NCBI GenBank assembly: GCA_963813535.1
Contig: CAWEZH010000003.1
Span: forward strand, 608,001 to 672,000
Reading direction: 5' to 3'
Length of the DNA: 64,000 bases
DNA from: an uncultured Chloroflexia bacterium
GTDB taxonomy: Bacteria; Chloroflexota; Limnocylindria; Limnocylindrales; CSP1-4
In this document: positions 57,829 to 64,000 of the stretch, one piece after another
Numbering within the stretch: position 1 is the first letter of the stretch
Layout of the letters: each line of letters begins with the position of its first letter
The notes under the pieces: model-generated
What the model was told of the DNA's origin: nothing
What the model saw: only the letters and a program-made list of their open reading frames with translations
The model's database searches: none
Translations under genes and position numbers: made by a program

Positions 57829-58689
57829 ATGGGCACCACTAGCAACGACCCCGTCATCACGTCCTACGCGAAGGCGCCGACCCGCACCATCACCGCCGGC
57901 GGCGTGACGTACGCCTATCGCGAGCTCGGGCCGAAGGGCGGGATCCCCGTGATCTTCTTCGTCCACCTCGCCGCGAACCTGGACAACTGGGACCCGCGGA
58001 TCGTCGACCCGATCGCCAGGGAGCACCACGTCATCGCGTTCGACAACCGCGGCGTCGGTGCCTCCACCGGCAAGGTTCCCGAGAGCGTCGAGACGATGGC
58101 CGACGATGCCTACACCTTCATCCGCGCGCTCGGCTTCGACGAGGTCGACATCTTCTCGTTCTCCCTCGGTGGCTTTGTCGCCCAGGCCCTCGTGGTCAAG
58201 CACCCAGACCTGGTTCGCAAGCTGATCCTCACCGGAACCGGCCCTGCCGGCGGCAAGGACATCGACAAGGTGGCCGGTATCACCTACTACGACATCCTCC
58301 GGGCGACCTTGACCCGGTCGGACCCGAAGGAGTACCTGTTCTTCAATCGCAACGCCAGCGGCAAGCCGGCCGCCAGGGCATTTGTCAAACGGCTAAAGGA
58401 GCGCACGGTCGACCGCGACGCCCCGGTCGCGCTGAGCACGCTCCAGACGCAGCTCAAGGCGATCAAGCGGTGGGGCCGCTTGGCGCCCGCAGACCTGTCG
58501 ACGATCAGCCAGCCCACCCTCATCGCCAACGGCGACAACGACCGGATGGTGCCCTCGGTGCTCTCCGAGGACCTGCACCGCCGCATCAAGGGCTCCGAGC
58601 TCATTGTCTACCCCGACTCCGGGCACGGCGGCATTTTCCAGTTCCACGACACGTTCGCGCCGGTCGCCGTCGCGTTCCTCGACCGCTGA
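57829..58689 (+). CDS. Alpha/beta hydrolase
   Basis: 'FDNRGVG', 'SFSLGG', 'GDND', 'DSGHG'. Confidence 0.92.
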   Translation: MGTTSNDPVITSYAKAPTRTITAGGVTYAYRELGPKGGIPVIFFVHLAANLDNWDPRIVDPIAREHHVIAFDNRGVGASTGKVPESVETMADDAYTFIRALGFDEVDIFSFSLGGFVAQALVVKHPDLVRKLILTGTGPAGGKDIDKVAGITYYDILRATLTRSDPKEYLFFNRNASGKPAARAFVKRLKERTVDRDAPVALSTLQTQLKAIKRWGRLAPADLSTISQPTLIANGDNDRMVPSVLSEDLHRRIKGSELIVYPDSGHGGIFQFHDTFAPVAVAFLDR

Positions 58690-58715
58690 CGCACACTGCG
58701 AACGAAGGCACGAAG

Positions 58716-59510
58716 GTGGTAACTACACCTCCCTCGGCGAGGAGGGCCCTCGTCTCATCGATCCTGCTATGGATGCGGACCGATCAGCCCCGGCAGCAGG
58801 GCATGGACCACTGGAAAGGCCCGCACTCGAAGATCATCTCCGCCACGCCGGGGATGGAGGAGTACCGCCAGATCCACCTAGCGGAGAACAATCCCGGCTT
58901 GTGGCCGGCCATCAGCGGGGTCGAGACGGTCATCCCGGCCGAGCGCAGGATCGACGGCGTCGCCGAGATCACGTTCACGTCCGTTCTCTCGCCGCTGTGG
59001 GGTCGTAAACAGACCAGGCTCGCGTACAAGGATGAAGTGAACGTGTTTCGACGCACCCTGCTCTACGTGGGGCCACCGTACTCGGCCCGCTGGTACAGCG
59101 TGGCCGGTCCCGGGGAGATGGTGGGAGCGCGGAGCCTGATCTACATCCGCAAGCGGGAAGGCGTCAAGATCGGTGCGTTCCGGAGGCTCCTCACGGACGA
59201 GATTGTTCCCGCTCTCGTCAAGGCTGGTTCCCTGAAGGAACTCCGATCGCAGGTCTTCATGCCCTGGATCAAGCGGCTCTGGGACACGCCGAATGTCGCG
59301 CACGACAACCCGGCCGACCAGCGGTTCCATGCCTCGTTGATCCTCGGCTTCGCCGATACCAATGCCTTGGAGGCGTTCTTCGGTGGCGGAGAGATCGCGA
59401 CCCTTTCAGGCAAGCTGCCGGAGTTCGTTTCGGCGGTCCACGCCTACGAGGTCACCGAAGCGCTGACATACGTGAAAGACGGCATCGTCCTCTCGCATTA
59501 TCAGACGTAA
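58716..59510 (+). CDS. EthD-like dimeric alpha/beta barrel protein
   Basis: 'DHWKGPH', 'EYRQIHL', 'IDGVAE', 'DEVNVF'. Confidence 0.7.
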   Translation: MVTTPPSARRALVSSILLWMRTDQPRQQGMDHWKGPHSKIISATPGMEEYRQIHLAENNPGLWPAISGVETVIPAERRIDGVAEITFTSVLSPLWGRKQTRLAYKDEVNVFRRTLLYVGPPYSARWYSVAGPGEMVGARSLIYIRKREGVKIGAFRRLLTDEIVPALVKAGSLKELRSQVFMPWIKRLWDTPNVAHDNPADQRFHASLILGFADTNALEAFFGGGEIATLSGKLPEFVSAVHAYEVTEALTYVKDGIVLSHYQT

Positions 59511-59735
59511 CGGCGCCGGGTCCCGTCGCTCGGTTAACCGAGGAGCCGACCAAGCGCCCGGAGTTGTAGGCCCTAGCGGGCGTTGGCGGCTCAGGGCGTC
59601 ATCCGGCACCGGGTACAAGAGCGTCGACTACAGCGCACCTACGGAGGCCACGCGAGAGCGCAAACGAAGACCTGCTAACTGAGCGGCCTACGCTCGCGAT
59701 TCCACGCTCCGGCCACAACGCTTAGGCCCACCTAG

Positions 59736-59780
59736 TTCGTAAACAGCAGGTCCTCGGTTCAAATCCGAGTGTCGGCTCCA
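59736..59780 (+). repeat. att site: displaced 3' half of tRNA-Thr
   Basis: TTCGTAAACAGCAGGTC-CTCGG-TTCAAAT-CCGAG-TGTCGGCTCCA versus tRNA 56045-56089. Confidence 0.9.
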
Positions 59781-59934
59781 CTACCCCGCTTCTGAGCGTG
59801 GGCAGACCGACTGTCTCAGGACGGATGGTCGGAACCGACCCGCCATTGCCGATGCGCGGCGCGGATCCGGGACCGAGGTCCTTCGCGTCGAACCCGCCAG
59901 AGCCTCTTGCATCCGCTGATTCATCCGCGTATAG

Positions 59935-59950
59935 TGAACCACATGGTTCA
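59935..59950. promoter_or_regulatory. ArsR operator-like palindrome over the start codon
   Basis: TGAACCA-CA-TGGTTCA. Confidence 0.7.
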
Positions 59951-60308
59951 GTATGTGAGCGGACGACTCGATGCCTCCTTCGCCGCGCTCTCGGACGCGA
60001 CCCGACGTGGCGTCTTGGAGCGCCTGGGGCGTGGCGATGCTTCGATCACGGATCTGGCCCAGGCCTTCCACATGACCCTCACGGGCATGAAGAAGCACGT
60101 CGGCGTCCTGGAGCACGCTGAGCTCGTCACCACGGAGAAGGTCGGGCGCGTGCGGACGTGCAAGCTCGGCCCGCACCGACTGGAAGAAGAGACGGACTGG
60201 CTCGAGAGGCACCGCCGGCTCTGGGACGCACGCTTCGACGAGCTGGACAAGGTTGTCGAGGGACTGAAACGGAAGGAGAAGATCGATGGACGCAACACGG
60301 ACAAGTGA
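59943..60308 (+). CDS. ArsR/SmtB family regulator
   Basis: 'FAALSDATRRGVL', 'KHVGVLE', 'KVGRVRTC'. Confidence 0.92.
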   Translation: MVQYVSGRLDASFAALSDATRRGVLERLGRGDASITDLAQAFHMTLTGMKKHVGVLEHAELVTTEKVGRVRTCKLGPHRLEEETDWLERHRRLWDARFDELDKVVEGLKRKEKIDGRNTDK

Positions 60309-60798
60309 GCCCACCCCCGTGAAGACGAACTCCACGACGGTGGAACGGGTCTCAGAGCGTGAGCTCGTCGTCACGCGAACGTTCAACGGCCCGGCGCGCC
60401 TTGTGTTCGAGGCGTGGACCAAGCCCGAGCTGTTCAGGCAGTGGTGGCTGCCGAAGTCGATGGGCATGTCGCTGCGTTCCTGCGAGATGGATGTTCGTGT
60501 CGGGGGCACGTACCGTCTCGCGTTCGAACCCGATGGTGTGGCGTTCTTCGGCACGTACCGCGAAGTGACACCGCACTCGCGCCTCGTCTGGACCAATGAG
60601 GAAGGTGACGAGAGTTCCGTCACGACCGTGACCTTCGAGGAACAGGGCGGCAGGACGTTGTTGGTCATGCACGAGCTGTATCCCTCGAAGGAAGCCCTCG
60701 ACGCTGCCGGGACGGGGGCGGCGGATGCGACGGTCGAGACATTCGCACAACTGGACGAGCTTCTCGTCACCCTCGGCGCGAGCGACGGACGGTCATGA
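60286..60798 (+). CDS. SRPBCC/AHSA1 domain protein
   Basis: 'LVFEAWTKPE', 'DVRVGGTY'. Confidence 0.9.
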   Translation: MDATRTSEPTPVKTNSTTVERVSERELVVTRTFNGPARLVFEAWTKPELFRQWWLPKSMGMSLRSCEMDVRVGGTYRLAFEPDGVAFFGTYREVTPHSRLVWTNEEGDESSVTTVTFEEQGGRTLLVMHELYPSKEALDAAGTGAADATVETFAQLDELLVTLGASDGRS

Positions 60799-60841
60799 AG
60801 GACGGACAGCCGCAGCCGTAGGCGGCCCTCTCCCTGGCTCC

Positions 60842-61264
60842 CTACACTGCCGGCCAGCGCTGGAGGACGATCTCCGCATCGGCGGGATCCATCCGGTAGC
60901 CCCGCGCGTCGGCATCCCAGGCGATCAGGTCTCGGCGGGCGACCCGGCGCATGACCTTGTTCGGCCCGGCGACGATTCCTGCGAACGCCGTGCCGGTGCG
61001 CTTCCCGTACCTGGCGGCAAGGTCGGCATCGAGGACGAGCGCCTCGTCTCGACTGGCCAGCTCGGCGACCTCGCGCAGCAAACGGCGGCTGTCGGCCCCC
61101 CGGATACCATTCAGCACCTCGCCCAGCTGCCGGCGGCGCAGATCGGCCTGGTCGGCCTGGTCCGGGACCAGGCTATCGGCATCTCGCTGTGGACCCATCA
61201 CCCAGCGCCACGCGAGCGCCAGCAGCTGCTCCTCCGTGTCCGCCTCGAACTCGACTCTAGGCAC
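60842..61264 (-). CDS. Hypothetical protein (possible winged helix)
   Basis: GC3-biased 140-aa ORF; no recognised family. Confidence 0.6.
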   Translation of the reverse strand: MPRVEFEADTEEQLLALAWRWVMGPQRDADSLVPDQADQADLRRRQLGEVLNGIRGADSRRLLREVAELASRDEALVLDADLAARYGKRTGTAFAGIVAGPNKVMRRVARRDLIAWDADARGYRMDPADAEIVLQRWPAV

Positions 61265-61472
61265 CTGAACTCACCTGTATAGGTCTGTAACTTATCTGCT
61301 TCGAATATAACACGTGGCATTTCGAGATGATACGTGGTACAGTGCGCGTATTCGGCTGCAAGGCTGCGAACCGCTTGATCCTCTGGCCCTTCGAACGACG
61401 GCGAGCCACCGGCATATCCCGCTTCGTGTCGACTTGGCCGCACAAACGCACCGACGACCAGAGGAGATACAC

Positions 61473-61778
61473 ATGCAGTACACCAGACTCTCCACGTACG
61501 ACCTGACCAAGGGCAGCTTCAACGAGCTGACCGGCATCGTCGAGAAGGGCCTCCTGCCGACCTTCGCCAAGGAGCCCGGCTTCGTGAACTACGGACTGGT
61601 CGATGCCGGCGACCACAAGGTCGTCGCGATCAGCATCTGGGAGACCCGCGAGCAGGCCCACAAGTCGGCCACCATGGCGACGACCTGGGTCCAGACGAAC
61701 ATCGCCGACCGCGTTCGGCCGCTGACCACCCAGATCGGTGACCTCGCCCTCTTCCGTGGGATGCCCGTCGCCGTCTAG
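61473..61778 (+). CDS. Small ABM-like (dimeric alpha/beta barrel) protein
   Basis: 'PGFVNY', 'SIWET'; GAGGAG RBS. Confidence 0.75.
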   Translation: MQYTRLSTYDLTKGSFNELTGIVEKGLLPTFAKEPGFVNYGLVDAGDHKVVAISIWETREQAHKSATMATTWVQTNIADRVRPLTTQIGDLALFRGMPVAV

Positions 61779-61934
61779 GCCTCGGCTACCGCATCGCTGC
61801 GCGCTCGGGTCGGGGCCTACCCGCCGACCCCGCGCACGCGGCGATCACAGACCGCCCCGGCTCGTGCCGAGGCGGTCTTTGCTTGTCCAAGTCGGCCGCT
61901 TCTCGAACGTCCGCCGCGATAATGGCCGGCACTG

Positions 61935-62609
61935 ATGGCCACGTTTGCATTCATCCACGGAGCCGGCGACGTCGGCTGGTACTGGCACCTGGTCGGCGCC
62001 GAGCTGCAGCGTCGCGGCCATGAGACCGTCGCACCCGATCTCCCGATCGAGGACGACAGCGCCGGGCTGTCGCGGTATGCAGATGTCGTCGTCGACGCGA
62101 TCGGCGACCGGCGCGACGTCGTCGTGGTCGCCCAGTCGTTCGGTGGTTACGTCGCGCCGATCGTCGCGGAGCGGTTCGGTGCGCGATCGATCGTTCTCGT
62201 AGCGGGGATGGTGCCCTTGCCTGGCGAAACGGCGGAGGAGATGTTCGCCAACACCGGTTGGCAACCGGAGCGGCTCGATGACTCGAGCGCACGGTCGGTC
62301 TTCTACCACGACGTCCCGTCGAACCTCGCAGACGAGGCGCTCGCGCATGAACGACGCCAGTCCGACACGCCCGGCCGAGAGCCATGGCCACTCCCTGCAT
62401 GGCCCGCGATCCCGATCCGATTCGTCCTGTGCCGCAACGATCGGTTCTTTCCCGCGACGTGGCTACGGCCGGTCGTTCGCGATCGCCTCGGGATCGAACC
62501 CGAGGAGATCGACAGTGGTCACTGTCCGGCGCTGAGCCAGCCGGTTGCGCTCGCCACGCTCCTTGACCGGGGCGTTGGAGATGAGGTCACCGAGCGCCCA
62601 GCCCGGTGA
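61935..62609 (+). CDS. Alpha/beta hydrolase (Abhydrolase_6)
   Basis: 'IHGAG', 'AQSFGG', 'DSGHCP'. Confidence 0.9.
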   Translation: MATFAFIHGAGDVGWYWHLVGAELQRRGHETVAPDLPIEDDSAGLSRYADVVVDAIGDRRDVVVVAQSFGGYVAPIVAERFGARSIVLVAGMVPLPGETAEEMFANTGWQPERLDDSSARSVFYHDVPSNLADEALAHERRQSDTPGREPWPLPAWPAIPIRFVLCRNDRFFPATWLRPVVRDRLGIEPEEIDSGHCPALSQPVALATLLDRGVGDEVTERPAR

Positions 62610-62636
62610 TCGCTGGGCGGCGGCGATGGTACGCCC

Positions 62637-63050
62637 ATGAGAGACACGACCGTCTATCGTTCGGCGATGCCGCGCGATCCGAACGTCCCCGACGCGTTCG
62701 ACGTGTACACGCTGGTGCTCCTGCGCCGCCCAGGCGACGCCCCGGAGATGTCGGAGGACGAGCTCGACGCCCTGCAGGCACGGCACCTGGCCTATCGAGC
62801 GAAGCTGCGCGATGACGGCGTACTCGTTGCCAATGGCCCGCTCGGGGAGCAGTCGGATCCGTCCCTTCGAGGGCTCTCGATCCTGTCGTGCGATCTGGAC
62901 GAAGCCCGGCGCCTCACCGACCTCGACCCGTCCGTCCAGGCCGGGCGCCTGACCTACGACGTGTTCGAGTGGTGGGTTGCCGCCGGGACGTTGGCGTTCC
63001 CGGCGACGGCGAACACGGTCGGCGAGCGCCGGTCGATGTCCGACGACTGA
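62637..63050 (+). CDS. YCII-related domain protein
   Basis: 'QARHLAY', 'ANGP', 'DPSVQAGRL'. Confidence 0.82.
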   Translation: MRDTTVYRSAMPRDPNVPDAFDVYTLVLLRRPGDAPEMSEDELDALQARHLAYRAKLRDDGVLVANGPLGEQSDPSLRGLSILSCDLDEARRLTDLDPSVQAGRLTYDVFEWWVAAGTLAFPATANTVGERRSMSDD

Positions 63051-63074
63051 CGCTCGGAACGTCGGTGCGCCGGC

Positions 63075-63722
63075 CTACGCTGCCCCCTCCGGGGGTGCGT
63101 AGAACGTGGTCGTGTTCGCAACGTTGCGGGCGACCACCTCAGGATCGACGCCCGCGGCTCGGCTGGCCTCGCCCCAGGCCACGCTGCTCCGCGTCGCGAA
63201 GTCGCGTCCCTCGGCGGACAGCTGCCATGCCTCCGGATCGCCGACCGATCCGCCGCGGAGATGGAGCTCCAGCCCGAGCGTGCCCATGTCCCAACCGACG
63301 CCGACCGCACCCGGCCCGTATTCGCCCCACATCTCCTCGGGCACGACGGCGGTGTGTTCGAGCACGAAGACCGTCGCCTCGTCGCCCGCAGGCTCCAGCC
63401 GGACCTCCAGCTCCGAGTCGGCATTCGCGCCGGCCATCTCGCCGTATCCCCACGTGACGCGGAGCCGATTCGGGCGGTCGCATGCCACGATCTCACCGCC
63501 GGCATTACCCTCGAACTGGTAGCGCCCGCCGAGGCGGTAGTCACCGCTGATCGGCAGGAACCAGCGGCCGATCCGCTCGGGGTTGGTGAGCGCATCCCAG
63601 ACGTCCTCGATCGGGGCGTCGTAGGTCCGGCGTAGACGGACGGTATGGCCCTCGCCGGCCGCGATGCGGCCCTCGCCGACCTCGCGCTGGATGGCGTCGA
63701 TCTCACGAACGATGTCGATCAT
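63075..63722 (-). CDS. SRPBCC family protein
   Basis: 'DVWDALTNPERIGRWF', 'GPGAVGVGWD'. Confidence 0.9.
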   Translation of the reverse strand: MIDIVREIDAIQREVGEGRIAAGEGHTVRLRRTYDAPIEDVWDALTNPERIGRWFLPISGDYRLGGRYQFEGNAGGEIVACDRPNRLRVTWGYGEMAGANADSELEVRLEPAGDEATVFVLEHTAVVPEEMWGEYGPGAVGVGWDMGTLGLELHLRGGSVGDPEAWQLSAEGRDFATRSSVAWGEASRAAGVDPEVVARNVANTTTFYAPPEGAA

Positions 63723-64000
63723 CGGTCTTGTCTCCTATCGAGCTGTGGGTGGGGAGCCGCCCGAACGCGGCGCTCGCGCTTGCCGCGGGCGAGCTCCGTC
63801 GCAAGCGAATCGAGGCGCTGCCCCCAGAAGCGTCGGAAGTGGTCGAGCCAGTCATCGAGCTCGAGGAACGGGGCGGCGTCGACGGCATACAGCCGGCGGG
63901 TGCCCTCCGGCCGGACGGTCGTGAACCCGCTGTCACGGAGGACCTTGAGGTGCTGCGAGACGGCCGGTTGCGTGATCCCGAACTCGGCCTGGACGACCGA
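63719..64000 (-). CDS. ArsR family regulator (5' end outside window)
   Basis: Read directly from the sequence: 'EFGITQPAVSQHLKVLRDSG..EGTRRLYAVD..WLDHFRRFW'; TGA overlaps the next ATG. Confidence 0.9.
   Translation of the reverse strand, partial: SVVQAEFGITQPAVSQHLKVLRDSGFTTVRPEGTRRLYAVDAAPFLELDDWLDHFRRFWGQRLDSLATELARGKRERRVRAAPHPQLDRRQDR

Larger units (their letters stand above)
56045..59780. mobile_element. Integrase-less genomic islet inserted in tRNA-Thr
   Basis: 3' half of the tRNA is repeated at 59736-59780; identical CCTGCTAACTGA near both ends (56162-56173, 59671-59682). Confidence 0.8.

Noticed and set aside
59736-59780. Second tRNA-Thr gene
   Set aside because: It lacks the acceptor 5' strand and D arm, so it is an att fragment.
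1-64000. Many long antisense or alternate-frame ORFs (e.g. 6989-8809 -, 16605-18650 -, 45570-47354 +, the N-terminal extension of 25038-28001 -)
   Set aside because: They are Arg/Pro/Gly-rich shadow ORFs of high-GC coding sequence that overlap well-supported genes.
1-64000. CRISPR array, IS/transposase, prophage or rRNA
   Set aside because: No regularly spaced repeat-spacer array, transposase or integrase motifs, phage structural genes or rRNA signatures were seen.

Overview
GC-rich (roughly 70% by eye) bacterial chromosomal window. Gene content and pervasive leaderless TANNNT promoters suggest a Chloroflexota genome, possibly Limnocylindria-like (inference). The left part is a core-like region. 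It holds a partial leucine-degradation (liu-type) cluster whose biotin carboxylase carries an N-terminal excisionase-like HTH, followed by HNH, CCA-adding enzyme, TPR and galE genes, an MFS transporter and a catalytically degenerate ATP-dependent ligase homolog. Next come a coupled glucosylglycerate-type operon (GT2, USP-USP-GpgS fusion, GNAT, glycerate kinase, endonuclease III), a two-component system and a Tad minor-pilin trio. The middle holds NfeD/NfeD/SPFH, MoxR-DUF58-VWA-VWA plus a protease, a TetR-controlled oxidoreductase unit, c-di-GMP enzymes, an ECF sigma/anti-sigma pair, copper-type proteins and a glycogen-debranching-like hydrolase. The right part holds a putative light-response operon (fasciclin, an internally deleted heliorhodopsin remnant, a B12-dependent CarH-like photoreceptor, a hydrolase), an EXLDI-ABC unit and tRNA-Thr(CGT). 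A 3.7 kb integrase-less island sits in that tRNA, and its second att copy has a different but fully paired T-stem. ArsR/SRPBCC accessory genes follow. Two single-base frameshifts (NfeD, VWA) may be assembly errors. All calls come from motif recognition by eye, without database searches.
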